A DNA stretch of 46,395 nucleotides. Origin: a virus (Duplodnaviria > Caudoviricetes). The translations under genes were made by a program, and so were the position numbers. The stretch's first letter is position 1. Every line of letters begins with the position of its first letter. The stretch lies in the IMG/VR virus record IMGVR_UViG_3300024265_000092, positions 1 to 46,395 of that record. The stretch is one strand, 5' to 3'. Below, piece after piece: positions 17,314 through 28,000 of the stretch. Below the pieces are notes generated by a model. That model had not been told where the DNA came from, did not search any database, and saw nothing but the letters and a program-made list of their open reading frames with translations.

Positions 17314-18312
17314 ATGGCTGTTCTAGGTAACACACTCGTCGACTTGATCGACATCTACAAGCAGCAGGACGGTCGAGGGCAATTTGTCCCGATCATCGAA
17401 ATGCTGATGGAAATGAACCCGATGCTGGTTGACGCCATCATGATGGAGTGCAACAAGGGTACCACCCACCTGCACACCGTTCGTACCGGTCTACCTGAAG
17501 TTGCGTGGGGTAAGCTCTACCAGGGCATTCCACAAGGCAAGGGTCGCACCGCTCAGGTCGAAGACACCACCGGTTTCGTCGAAGGTGCCAGTACCATCGA
17601 TAAGCGACTGCTGGATCTGTCCACCAACGAGGGCGCGGTGCGGTTGTCTGAAGCACAAGCGTACCTTGAAGCGATTGCACAGGAAGTGCAGACCAAGATG
17701 ATCTACGGCAACACCGCGTCTGACCCCGAAGAGTTCCTGGGTCTGGCTCCACGCTTTAACGACCTGAGTGCACCGAACGGCGGTCAGATCATCGACGCCG
17801 GTGGTACCGGTTCCGACAACACCTCGATCTGGTTCGTGACCTGGGGTGATAATCAGACCAGCGCACTGTACCCGAAAGGTACCACAGCCGGTGTCAGTCG
17901 CGATGACAAGGGTGAGCAGCGACTGCTTGATGGATCGAGTAACCCTTACTACGGTAAGGAAGAGCTGTTCACTCAGCACATCGGTCTGGCTGTTAAAGAC
18001 TGGCGTTATGTATCTCGCATCGCGAACATTGATGTGAGCGACATGCAGGCTGGTACGGTTAAGCTGTACGACTTCATGCGTAAGGCTTTTTACAAGCTGC
18101 AGAACCGTCGTGTCGCTGGTGGTAAGCTGGCGATCTACTGCAACCGTGATGTGCTGGAAGCATTGGATGCCTTGGCAACCAATGCGGGTTCGACTGACTC
18201 GTTCGTGCGTCTGAAGCCGCGTGAGATCGAAGGTGAAGAAGTGCAGTTCTATCGCGGCATCCCGGTGCGTGAGACTGATGCGCTGGTACTTACCGAAGCG
18301 CAGGTCACCTAA
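17314..18312 (+). CDS. Major capsid protein (BPP-1 Bbp17-like)
   Basis: 332 aa; RTGLP...W, F.GLAPRF, DAGGTGSDNTSIW, DWRYV.RIANID, RGIPVR.TDA. Confidence 0.92.
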   Translation: MAVLGNTLVDLIDIYKQQDGRGQFVPIIEMLMEMNPMLVDAIMMECNKGTTHLHTVRTGLPEVAWGKLYQGIPQGKGRTAQVEDTTGFVEGASTIDKRLLDLSTNEGAVRLSEAQAYLEAIAQEVQTKMIYGNTASDPEEFLGLAPRFNDLSAPNGGQIIDAGGTGSDNTSIWFVTWGDNQTSALYPKGTTAGVSRDDKGEQRLLDGSSNPYYGKEELFTQHIGLAVKDWRYVSRIANIDVSDMQAGTVKLYDFMRKAFYKLQNRRVAGGKLAIYCNRDVLEALDALATNAGSTDSFVRLKPREIEGEEVQFYRGIPVRETDALVLTEAQVT

Positions 18313-18326
18313 CAGTAACCTGGTCG

Positions 18327-18353
18327 TGACCGGGTAACACCGGTCATCTTTTT
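18327..18353 (+). terminator. Terminator/attenuator after the MCP
   Basis: TGACCGG-gtaaca-CCGGTCA-TCTTTTT. Confidence 0.65.
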
Positions 18354-18376
18354 GAAAATGTAAGAGGACGAATCTC

Positions 18377-18814
18377 ATGATTCTTTCAGCAAACCAATTG
18401 TTCTCCGATGACCAGGCGATTATTGCTACAGCGATCTCCACCAACGTCATCGACCTGGGTCTACCGGGTACTCCGTTCGGTGGTGCAGCTCCACTGCATC
18501 AAGACATCGGCAAAGGTGCCAAGATTCCGATCTTGGTGCAGGTCACCGAAGCCTTCAACACTCTGACCAGTCTGACGGTCACCCTTGAGGTTTCGGCGGC
18601 TGCTGGTCTGACTTCACCGAAGGTGCTGGCTACTGAAGTCATCGCGCTGGCTGACTTGATCGTCGGCAAGCAGATGTTCAACCAAGTCATTCCTGACGAG
18701 GCTGACCTGCAGTTCCTGGGTGTTCGCTACACCGTTACCGGTACTGACCCGACGCTGGGTAAGATCACTGCTGGTATCAGTATGGGCAACCAGACCAACT
18801 TCACTGGTGGCTAA
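18377..18814 (+). CDS. Capsid cement protein (Bbp16-like)
   Basis: MI......FSD.QAI.ATA.STNVIDLG...DIG.G....V.VTE.F...L...YTV.GT...GKITAG. Confidence 0.85.
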   Translation: MILSANQLFSDDQAIIATAISTNVIDLGLPGTPFGGAAPLHQDIGKGAKIPILVQVTEAFNTLTSLTVTLEVSAAAGLTSPKVLATEVIALADLIVGKQMFNQVIPDEADLQFLGVRYTVTGTDPTLGKITAGISMGNQTNFTGG

Positions 18815-18820
18815 TGAGTT

Positions 18821-18845
18821 GGGCGGCTTCGGTCGCCCTTCTTTT
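18821..18845 (+). terminator. Rho-independent terminator
   Basis: GGGCGGC-TTCG-GTCGCCC-TTCTTTT. Confidence 0.8.
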
Positions 18846-18865
18846 AATTGATTGAGGGTTGAGAA

Positions 18866-19147
18866 ATGCCTAGTTACCAGGTGACAGAAAACGGATTCTA
18901 CGACGGCAGAATGTATTCCCCCACCGGGAAGCGTCGCACTCTGCATGTCGACAAACCGTTCAAAAAGTGCCCCAGCTGGTTGAAGCCGATCAAGGCTGAG
19001 TCCGCAGCTGAGTCCAAGAAGCGTGTTGCTGCTGAGAAAAAAGCCAATGCTTCGAACGCCAAGCAGGTTGCCGATGGTACCGCTGAAGTCAAAGGTGCAT
19101 CGTTCATGGGTGATGGTGCAAACGGCGCAACAGTCGAAACTCTTTGA
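18866..19147 (+). CDS. Hypothetical structural-module protein
   Basis: GAGGG RBS; position within the late operon. Confidence 0.7.
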   Translation: MPSYQVTENGFYDGRMYSPTGKRRTLHVDKPFKKCPSWLKPIKAESAAESKKRVAAEKKANASNAKQVADGTAEVKGASFMGDGANGATVETL

Positions 19148-19158
19148 GGTGACAGGTC

Positions 19159-19467
19159 ATGCCTGAAGATCAAGTGAAGATCAGCAAAGAATCCAACAGT
19201 GACAATTCTGTTCGGTCCTTTGATGGTGACAACTATCCGTTCGGCACCGGGTTGCATTTCGATGATGAGTTGCTTGATGAACTCGGTGTCGAAGGGCTTG
19301 CTGTCGGTGATGTTGTTGAAGTTCGCGGGTTCGCGTTCGTCGACAGTAAATCGGAGCACAGCAGCAAGGATCATCAGAGCAAGTCGATGCGGTTGCAAAT
19401 GACCAGCATCAAACTGCGTCGTGAGACTGATGACCGTGCAAAGCAGCTCTACGGTGATGGGAGTTAA
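19159..19467 (+). CDS. Putative capsid-staple-like virion protein
   Basis: YP.G..L.FD.E.L..LG......VGD.V.....A.V......S..LQ.T pattern. Confidence 0.55.
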   Translation: MPEDQVKISKESNSDNSVRSFDGDNYPFGTGLHFDDELLDELGVEGLAVGDVVEVRGFAFVDSKSEHSSKDHQSKSMRLQMTSIKLRRETDDRAKQLYGDGS

Positions 19468-19470
19468 ATT

Positions 19471-20127
19471 GTGGCTTCTGATATTGAGGTGATAAACCTT
19501 GCGTTGAGTAACATCCGCGCAGGTAGCATCAACAGTCTGACTGAGGGGTCACTTCAATCTCAGGTTGCTGCGTTGAAGTATCCGTTCATGCGTGATCGAC
19601 TACTTAAGGAAATCCCTTGGCAGTTTAATCGGAAACTGAAAGCACTCAGCCTGCTGACCACTGATCTCTTCACGTGGGCGTTCACGTATCAGTACCCGGT
19701 TGATTGCCTCAAGATCCTTCGCTTGGTGCCTGCTTTTGAAGAGATCCCTGCAGGTAGTGCCGATGTGGTGTCGCGTCTGCGTGATTCTGAGATAAGGTCA
19801 CTGAAGTCACTGCGACGACAGGTGCCTTATGAGGTGTTCAACGTCGATGGCAACAAGGTCATCGGGTCAGATGACGCGGATCTGCGGATTGATTACGCAG
19901 CGAAGATCACCGATCCGAACCTGTTCAGCGATGACTTCATTCTGGCTTTGTCGCATCTACTGGGTGCTGAAATGGCGATACCGCTGATCGGGGCTGAGAC
20001 AGGTCGACAGCTGCGGTCGGATGAGATGACCCTATATCAAGCCTATCTTGACTCTGCAATAGCTGACGACATGAATGACGGGTATCATACCCCACCAGAG
20101 AGTGAGTTCATTGTAGTTCGGGGGTGA
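19471..20127 (+). CDS. Tail tubular protein A / adaptor
   Basis: S..EV.NLAL..I....I.SL.E, W.F, Y.YP.DCL, F...F..AL...L motifs. Confidence 0.85.
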   Translation: MASDIEVINLALSNIRAGSINSLTEGSLQSQVAALKYPFMRDRLLKEIPWQFNRKLKALSLLTTDLFTWAFTYQYPVDCLKILRLVPAFEEIPAGSADVVSRLRDSEIRSLKSLRRQVPYEVFNVDGNKVIGSDDADLRIDYAAKITDPNLFSDDFILALSHLLGAEMAIPLIGAETGRQLRSDEMTLYQAYLDSAIADDMNDGYHTPPESEFIVVRG

Positions 20128-20130
20128 CCA

Positions 20131-22437
20131 GTGCCAGAAACAATTCAACGATCATTCACAAGCGGTGAAATTTCCCCATCGCTTCAATCACGCGCTGATA
20201 CAGTTAAATATGCAACCGGGTTGAACCTGTGTCAGAACTTCCTGGTGCGTGCTCAGGGTGGTGCTTACTCACGACCGGGGTTGCGGTTTGGTGGCCCACT
20301 CGATGATCAAGACAAACTTGGTCGACTGATTCCGTTCAGCTTCAACACTGAGCAGACCTATATGCTGGTGTTCGAGCACCTGCTGATGAGGGTCGTGAAG
20401 AACAACGCGTTTGTATTGAAGCCTGCAGCAACGATCACAGGTGTCACTCAAGCAAACCCTGCAGTCGTCACCACTTCAGCAGCTCACACTTTTGTCAACG
20501 GTGAGAAGGTTACTATCACGGGTGTCGTCGGCATGACTGAGCTGAACGGCAACACGTACACCATCGCCAATGTTACCGCTACCACGTTTGAACTGCAGGG
20601 GGTGGATAGTACTGCGTTCACTGCATACACGTCAGGTGGGTCTGCGCAGAGCGATGGTATCTTTTCCCTGGTGACAACCTACACTGAGGCTCAGTTGCCG
20701 TTTCTCGGATTCACTCAGTCAGCTGATGTGATGACGATCGTTCACCACGCTCATGATCCATCTAATCTGAGTCGACTGGCTGACGATGACTGGTCGCTTG
20801 ATGTGATCGACTATACATCCCAAGTCACAGCACCAGGTGCGTTGACGTTGTCTGCTGTGGGGTCTGGTGCGGGTACCTTCAGTAAAACTTATCAATACGT
20901 GGTGACCACGGTGGATGCTGACGGGGTAGAGTCACTGCCTTCAGCGATGAGCGCCATCAGCACACCGTCACTATCCGAGACAGCTGCAGTGAATGTGGAC
21001 TGGGCAGATGTAGCCGGTGCAGATTACTATCGAGTCTACAAAGCGGTGTCGATCAACTCAGGGTCGTTCGGGTGGATAGGTGACACTCAAGCGTCAGTGT
21101 TCAACGATTTCAACGTTGCCCCAGTGAGAAGTGACGCACCTCCGTCAGATCGCACACCGTTCGCAGGGGCAAGTAACAAGCCACAGGCAGTGAACTACTA
21201 TCAGCAACGGCAGGTGTTCGCCAACACGATCAATGAGCCGCAGGTGGTATTTACCACGCAGACCGGTGTGTTTGATTCACTTCGCATTTCCAACCCAGCA
21301 CGGGATGATGACGCGGTGACGTTCACGATCGTCGGTCGCCAGGTGAATGAAATCAGGCACATTGTGTCGCTTGATTCGATGCTGCTGCTGACATCGGGTG
21401 GCGAGTGGAAAACAACCGAAGGTCAGGATCTAGTGCTGACCCCTGCAACGATTGGTGTGCGTCAGCAGTCCTACAATGGCGCATCATGGGTGCCACCGGT
21501 CATAGTCAACAGCACCGCGTTATACCTGCAAGAGAAAGGTGCCAAACTGCGTGATCTCGGATATGAGTTCAGCAGCGACAAATTCACTGGCAACGATCTG
21601 TCACTGATGTCAGAGCACTTGTTTGAAGGGTTCGAGATCACATCAATGGCATACGCTGCGATACCATACAGTGTCATCTGGTGCGTGCGCGACGACGGTG
21701 TGCTGTTGGGTCTGACTTATCAGCGTGAGCACCAGGTGTGGGGGTGGCATCAGCATGTCACTGACGGTCTGTTTGAATCGGTGGCTGTCATAACTGAAGG
21801 CACCCGTGATGCTGTTTATGTGATCGTGAAACGTACGATCGGTGGTCAAACGAAACGCTATGTTGAGCGCTTAGAAACGCGTGAGCAGACCAACGCTGAA
21901 GACTGTTTTTATGTTGATTCGGGTCTAAGCTACGACGATGCACCTGCAACGGTGTTCAGCGGGCTGGATCACATCGAAGGTGAAGCGGTCGCTGTGTTGG
22001 CTGATGGCTACGAAGTCACAGGTCTGACTGTCACATCAGGGTCGATCACATTAGAGCGTGCTGCATCGAAGGTGCACGTCGGGTTGGCGTATCTTCCCGC
22101 GATCGAACTGCTTGACATCGACATCGCATCAACTGCTGACAGTCTGAGGTCGAAGTCATTGTCGGTGTCGAAGGTTTACATCGAAGTCGAGAAGTCACGC
22201 GGCGGCTTTGTTGGTCCGCGACTCGACGGTGAAGTACCCGGCACCCCCATCATGCGAGAGATTAAGCCACGGTTCGACACCGATGGGTATAACGCCATTG
22301 CGCTGAAGACCTACAAGCAAGAGGTCAGCATTGAGCCACAGTGGGCGAAGGGTGGTGGCGTGCGTATCGAGCAGCGTTCACCGTTGCCGCTGGCGATCCT
22401 GTCGGTCATCCCAAGCGTCGATAAAGGCGGCAACTGA
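20131..22437 (+). CDS. Tail tubular protein B / nozzle, with an E1-FCCH-like insertion
   Basis: SF.SGEISP, RPG..F, RLIPF.F, Q.ADV, V.GW..H, PLPL.ILS motifs. Confidence 0.9.
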   Translation: MPETIQRSFTSGEISPSLQSRADTVKYATGLNLCQNFLVRAQGGAYSRPGLRFGGPLDDQDKLGRLIPFSFNTEQTYMLVFEHLLMRVVKNNAFVLKPAATITGVTQANPAVVTTSAAHTFVNGEKVTITGVVGMTELNGNTYTIANVTATTFELQGVDSTAFTAYTSGGSAQSDGIFSLVTTYTEAQLPFLGFTQSADVMTIVHHAHDPSNLSRLADDDWSLDVIDYTSQVTAPGALTLSAVGSGAGTFSKTYQYVVTTVDADGVESLPSAMSAISTPSLSETAAVNVDWADVAGADYYRVYKAVSINSGSFGWIGDTQASVFNDFNVAPVRSDAPPSDRTPFAGASNKPQAVNYYQQRQVFANTINEPQVVFTTQTGVFDSLRISNPARDDDAVTFTIVGRQVNEIRHIVSLDSMLLLTSGGEWKTTEGQDLVLTPATIGVRQQSYNGASWVPPVIVNSTALYLQEKGAKLRDLGYEFSSDKFTGNDLSLMSEHLFEGFEITSMAYAAIPYSVIWCVRDDGVLLGLTYQREHQVWGWHQHVTDGLFESVAVITEGTRDAVYVIVKRTIGGQTKRYVERLETREQTNAEDCFYVDSGLSYDDAPATVFSGLDHIEGEAVAVLADGYEVTGLTVTSGSITLERAASKVHVGLAYLPAIELLDIDIASTADSLRSKSLSVSKVYIEVEKSRGGFVGPRLDGEVPGTPIMREIKPRFDTDGYNAIALKTYKQEVSIEPQWAKGGGVRIEQRSPLPLAILSVIPSVDKGGN

Positions 22438-22907
22438 TGATCGAGTTCGTCAAGCCAACTGAAGCGGCGATTCGACTGATCGCTGCTGACATGCGTGATG
22501 CTGATGCTGCTGAGGTGTGGGCATCGCACTGCCAGACACCAATTGATGCACTGATGAAGGGTTGGGAGTTGTCTGACCTGAGTGTGGTCGTGGAGTGTGA
22601 CGGTGTGCCTTGCACCATGTTGGGTCTGGTCATTGATAACGTGCTGACAGGTTCCGGTACACCGTGGCTGCTGTCCAGCAATCACGCATTGAAATATAAG
22701 CGTGAGTTTCTGATACAATCACCCCCAGTGATAGAGCAGATGCTGGATGTCTGCCCACGGTTGTCGAATTATGTTCATGCGAAGAACCGAGTGAGCATCC
22801 GATGGTTGAAGTGGTTGGGCTTTACAATCGACGAAGCAGTGCCTGTCGGCATCAGCAAGGAACCGTTTCACCGGTTCCATCTTGAAAGGATGAGTGACAA
22901 TGTGTGA
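22437..22907 (+). CDS. GNAT-fold internal virion protein A-like (T7 gp13-like)
   Basis: MR..D..E...; NYV...N..SIRWLKWLGF. Confidence 0.8.
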   Translation: MIEFVKPTEAAIRLIAADMRDADAAEVWASHCQTPIDALMKGWELSDLSVVVECDGVPCTMLGLVIDNVLTGSGTPWLLSSNHALKYKREFLIQSPPVIEQMLDVCPRLSNYVHAKNRVSIRWLKWLGFTIDEAVPVGISKEPFHRFHLERMSDNV

Positions 22908-23433
22908 TCCGGTAACAATCAGCGCTGCTGTAGCGATCGCCTCGACAGCGTTTCAAGTCCAGCAGGCGCGTCAGCAAGGTAAGTTTCAGAAAGGTGTCGC
23001 TGATTTCAACGCACGCACTGCCGAGAACGAAGCTGAAGCCACACGCACCTCAGCGACAGCTGCTGAGAACACTCAACGCCAGCGCACCGCTGAACTGCTG
23101 TCACGGCAGCGTGCTCAACTGGGGGCGTCGGGCGTTGCACTTGGGTCAGGTTCAGCACTACAGCTGCAGCAGGATACTCTGACGCTCGGTGAAGCTGATG
23201 CACTGCGCATTCGTGAGCGGGGTGATGAATCATTTCAGGCGCTGCAGACTGAAGCATCACTGACCGAATCGCGCGGCGGTTTCGCTGAAGCTGCTGGTCG
23301 CAGCGCAGCAGTTGGGTCGCTGCTGACCGGTGCAGGTAAAGTGCTTGATACTGGTGTCGCTGACAAGTGGTTCACGTCCAAGAGTGCGGGTAGTCCGCTC
23401 AACATCAATCAAGGTGGTGGGATAGGACTCTAA
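22900..23433 (+). CDS. Internal virion/ejection protein (gp14-like)
   Basis: MCDP start; Ala/Gln helical; Q.A..GASGV..GSGS. Confidence 0.75.
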   Translation: MCDPVTISAAVAIASTAFQVQQARQQGKFQKGVADFNARTAENEAEATRTSATAAENTQRQRTAELLSRQRAQLGASGVALGSGSALQLQQDTLTLGEADALRIRERGDESFQALQTEASLTESRGGFAEAAGRSAAVGSLLTGAGKVLDTGVADKWFTSKSAGSPLNINQGGGIGL

Positions 23434-23434
23434 A

Positions 23435-25039
23435 ATGCCAAAGGTCGCACAGGCTCAATCTGATCAGGTATCACTCGACGTTGTTCGTGGGCCACGCGCA
23501 AGCGCTAGTGTGCCAGTTGGTGCGTTCGGTGGTGACATCGTGCAGGGTGCTGTCAATCTTGCTCAAGCCGGTCTGAACATCAAGAATCGCATCGACACCA
23601 CATCCGCTGAAGAGGCGCTGGTCAGTTTCGAGCGAGATAAGAACGCACTGTTCTTCAACCCTGAGAATGGATACTTCAACACTCAGGGTCGCAACGCGTT
23701 CGACGCGGCACCGGTTGCCAACACGGCACTGGACAAGTTGAAGAAGCAGCACGGTGACAGCTTGAACGAGCAGGCTCGGCTGGCGTTCGACAAAGCCGCT
23801 GACGCACACATCACCAGGGGTCGCGCTGACATCGGTCGCCACTCTTCCAAAGGGTTGCAGACGTGGGAGACTGCCACGATTGAAGCTCAGGTTGAGAACA
23901 CGATCGAGAACGCGTCACTGTATTGGTCTGACCCACAGTCGATGAGAGTGCAGCGGGTGATCGGTGAGCAGGCCATCATCGACTCATCACAGACCACAGG
24001 TATCGGTCCTGAAGCGACTGCTGAGCGGTTGCAGACCTACCGGTCGACCTTCGCCAGCAACGCCATCGCAGCGGCCACTCAGAGCAGTTCAACTGAGGGG
24101 CAGGATCAGATGGACCAGATGTCTGACATGCTGGAAGGACCGGACAAGGTCAAGCTGGAAAAGGCGATCGAGTCTAAGCAGAAAGTCGAGAAGACGCAGG
24201 GTGATGCTCAGGCTGCTGTGCTGACTGCGACTAACCTGGTCGAGCAGTATGACGACCGATCTGATGTGCAGGAGCAGGTCAACAAGATCGATGACCCTGA
24301 GCTGCGTAAGCAGACAATGACAGAATCAATGCGACTGTTCAGCCAGAAGCGTCAGGCGGAGTCAGAAGCACGCGGTGACTCATTTGAAGCCGGGGAGTCA
24401 CACATCATCAGCGGTGGTTCAGCTGAGACATTCAAGGCTGAAGACCCTGAAGGCTGGGAGCGGCTAAGCCCGAAGCAGCAGAAGTCGCTTGAGTCAGGTA
24501 AGTCGGTCATCACTGACTGGACCAAGTTCAGCGCACTGATGACACTGCCACGTGCTGAGCTGGCGAAAATCGACCCAGTTGAGCACTTCAACACCTTGGC
24601 ACCAGCTGAGCGCAAGTCACTCATCAGCGCGGTGAAGTCTGCCAACGGCACCGGGTCCAAGACCGACAAGATTAACCATCAGACAGGTCGAACGCGGGGT
24701 GCGCAGACCACTGCAGCAGTTGAACAGATCTTCGGTAAGAAGACGAAGCGCAACACTGTAGAGCAGCAGCAGGTCGATGCGTTCTATGCTGTTGTTGACG
24801 ATGAGCGAATTCGTCGCGAAGCTGAGATGGATCGCAACCTGACATCAGAAGAGTACACCGGGTTGCTGTCTGACATGACGCGCAGTGTGGTTCAAGAAGG
24901 TTTCTTCTTTGACACTGAACTTGACCTGGCCGACATCCCTGCTGACGACGTGACCGCGTTAAGCAAGTTTTTACGCGACAATAACATTCCTGTAACATCT
25001 GACAATCTAATAAAGGCTCATTTACAGGCGACAGAATAA
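23435..25039 (+). CDS. Internal virion/ejection protein (gp15-like)
   Basis: Helical 534-aa ORF in the ejectosome position. Confidence 0.7.
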   Translation: MPKVAQAQSDQVSLDVVRGPRASASVPVGAFGGDIVQGAVNLAQAGLNIKNRIDTTSAEEALVSFERDKNALFFNPENGYFNTQGRNAFDAAPVANTALDKLKKQHGDSLNEQARLAFDKAADAHITRGRADIGRHSSKGLQTWETATIEAQVENTIENASLYWSDPQSMRVQRVIGEQAIIDSSQTTGIGPEATAERLQTYRSTFASNAIAAATQSSSTEGQDQMDQMSDMLEGPDKVKLEKAIESKQKVEKTQGDAQAAVLTATNLVEQYDDRSDVQEQVNKIDDPELRKQTMTESMRLFSQKRQAESEARGDSFEAGESHIISGGSAETFKAEDPEGWERLSPKQQKSLESGKSVITDWTKFSALMTLPRAELAKIDPVEHFNTLAPAERKSLISAVKSANGTGSKTDKINHQTGRTRGAQTTAAVEQIFGKKTKRNTVEQQQVDAFYAVVDDERIRREAEMDRNLTSEEYTGLLSDMTRSVVQEGFFFDTELDLADIPADDVTALSKFLRDNNIPVTSDNLIKAHLQATE

Positions 25040-28000
25040 TGCCCATAAATCTTGAAAATATTGACCTTGGTAGCTTTGGCGGCGGTGGCGGCCTCGAATC
25101 AACAGTTCAAGATAACCAGCTGAACGCCAGCATCAGCGAGGCGGTCAAGATCAACCCTGACCAGCGTGCGCAGACAACTGAGCTGAGCAAGCAGTCGGGC
25201 GTCCCTGAGTTCGCTGTCGAGAACAACCCTGTTGCGGTCGAGAGTCAGCTGAAGCTGGACAACATCGACACGACCACGATGTCAAAGCGCAACCCCAACA
25301 CCGCAAAATACCTGACCGACTTCAACAACGCATCAATCGCTCACGACGACATCGACATCATGCAAGAGATCGAAGACATCTTCGACTTCGGCAAGACGTT
25401 CGAGAACCTTGGTGAGTCGATCAGCAGCAGCTTCACATCACAGGGTGCGGGCCTGATGGCTGCAGGTGTCGATATGACACCGACGCGCATTCAAGATCTG
25501 GTGCCAGCGTCAGGTATGCCGATCGGCATGGAAGGTGATGCTGCATTCATCTCGATGGAACTGGCGTCGAATCTCGGCATTGACACCGATGAGCAGCTGC
25601 AGCAGGCGAAAGTTGAAGCCACTGAGCAGATGCTCACCACCCTGAAAGAACAGCAGGCGAAACGCAAGACACTCACCCCTGAAGACCTGAACCTGCTTGA
25701 GCAAGGCGTGCGCAGTGGCGTTGAGTCGTTGGCTAACATGGCACCGGGCTTCGGCTTGATGCTGCTGTCAGGCGGTCGTGCTACACCACTGCTGGCGACC
25801 ATCGGCGTGCAGACGTTCGGTGATAGCTATGCACAGGCGCGTGCAGACGACCTGACACCTCAGCAGTCGGCATGGTTCGCCAGCATCAATGCTGCGATTG
25901 AAGTGGGTACTGAGGTATTGCCAACGGGTACCCTTGAGCAGATCCTGACCGGTCAAAGAAAAGGGTTGACCAAAGCTGCGTTGAAGTTCCTGGTGCAAGA
26001 GATGGGAACTGAGCAGCTGGCGACATTGGGTCAGACGCTCAATGAGAACGCGTTCGGCATTGATGAGCAGATGGAGCAGGCTGAGACTGTCGAAGAGATG
26101 GTTACCCTGCAGCTGCGTCGTCAAGCGGTCACTGCGATCGCCACCATTGTCGCAGGTGGTGCTCAAGCCACAGCGGTCACTGGGATTCGCAAGACTATTG
26201 AAGTCATCGCTGCTGATGGGTCGCAGAAAGAGACTCAGGGCGATGTCGAGCAGCGCAAGCTGGATCAGTTGAACACTGCTGCTGAGCAGTCGAAGCTGAA
26301 AGCACGCAGTAAAGAATCATTCAAGCAGTTCGTCGAGCAAGCCGACGGTGACAACAACACTCACGTGTTCATCGACGGTGCTCAGACGTCACTGTACTTG
26401 CAGACCAAGACACCTGATGAGATCGCAGCGGACCCTGCACTGTCGCTGCTGCATGAGCAGGCGCGTGAGGCTGCTGCGCTCGGTGGTGAGGTATCGATAC
26501 CAGTGGCAGAGTTCACCACTGAGATCGCAGGCACTGAGCACTTCGAGCAGCTGCGTGACAGCATGACCATGAGCGAAGACACTGTCGCACCGTTCCGTCA
26601 GGAGCAGGTGCAGCAGGAGACTCAAGCCTACATCCGCACTCTGTTGGATGATGCGAACGAGAACGTCAGCGAGTACGTTGAGGCTCAGGAGATTTACACC
26701 ACAGTGCGTGCTCAGTTGGTCGACAGCGGTCAGGTCAATGCTGCGAACGCATCGATCATGGCTCAGATCGTACCAGCGTGGGCAACCGCTCAGGCGAAGA
26801 GTTCAGGCAAGACAGTGCAGCAGGTGTATGCTGACGCTGGTCTGACGATCGAAGGACCACTGACCGGTGAAGCTGCGCGGTTGGAGACTGAGCGGGGGTT
26901 GCTGACGCAGGAACAAATTGACCTTGATTTCGGCACCGCTGAAGCTGCGGGGTTCCAAGGCGGCACACATGGTGAAGCTCAGCAGTGGGTCGCGGCCAAA
27001 CAGAAAGGTTTAGACCTATCAGAGAACTCACGCAAGGCACGCGCTGTCGAGCAGGGGTTCGATGTCGAAGAGGTTCTGTATCACGGCACCACGGCAGATT
27101 TTAGCGAGTTCAATGTCGATGCTGCCACAGGTAAATCATTCGACACCGGCGTGTTCTTGAGTAACAACCAGCAGGTTGCGAATAGCTACGCAGGCAAAAA
27201 CAACGGTCGAGTGATACCTACTTACATCAAAGCCGAAAACCCTCTTGAAGTGTTGGTCGACACAGGCACCAATTGGGACAATATCAGTGACGAAAATTCA
27301 ACTGTAAACCTACCCAATGGTGAGTCAACATCATTGTCAGAACTGTTCGATTTCCCCTTTGATGAGTCGGTATCGACTGACGATGTCATGCGCAATGCAC
27401 GCGCAGCTGGGTTTGATGTTGTCACGGTTGAGGGTCTGCGGGACATCGGTGGTGCAGCACGTGGTGTTGATCTGACGGGGGTTGACTCTTCCACGATCAC
27501 AGCAGTGTTCGACCCCTCCAAGATCCGATCAGTCAACGCAGCATTCGACCCTGATGCTGCTGAGTCAGCTGATCTGTTGGCGCAGCGCGATCTGCCAGCT
27601 GACAGAAACCTTGTCGTCACTCACAACCTGTCAGCCGAGAACATCCTTGCTGCTGCTGACCTTGGTGGTCTGGCTGCACCGTCGATCGCTACCATTCGTG
27701 CTGACATCAGCGACTTCGATCAGTTCGGTGAAGTGTCGCTGCTGGCCGATCCATCGCTGCTTGAGTCGCCAAAAGCACGCACCTTTGACGCTGACGTTTA
27801 TACACCGCGTCAACCCCGTGCAACTTACGACATCGACGAGAAGAAATTCAATCAGCTCAACAATCAGCTTGATCCTGACAACCTGGGTCTGAGTAAGCCT
27901 GACATCCAATCGCTGGCAGACGGTACCGGTGCTGACAACCTTCAGCGTTCTGCTGCGATTCAGCATCTGTGGCTGCAGGAGCAGGGTAAAGCTCCGAAAC

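Noticed and set aside
17491-18450. Long antisense ORFs such as 17491..18450, 1996..2706 and 5848..6576
   Set aside because: They lie opposite well-supported genes and are explained by codon bias; no motifs were seen.
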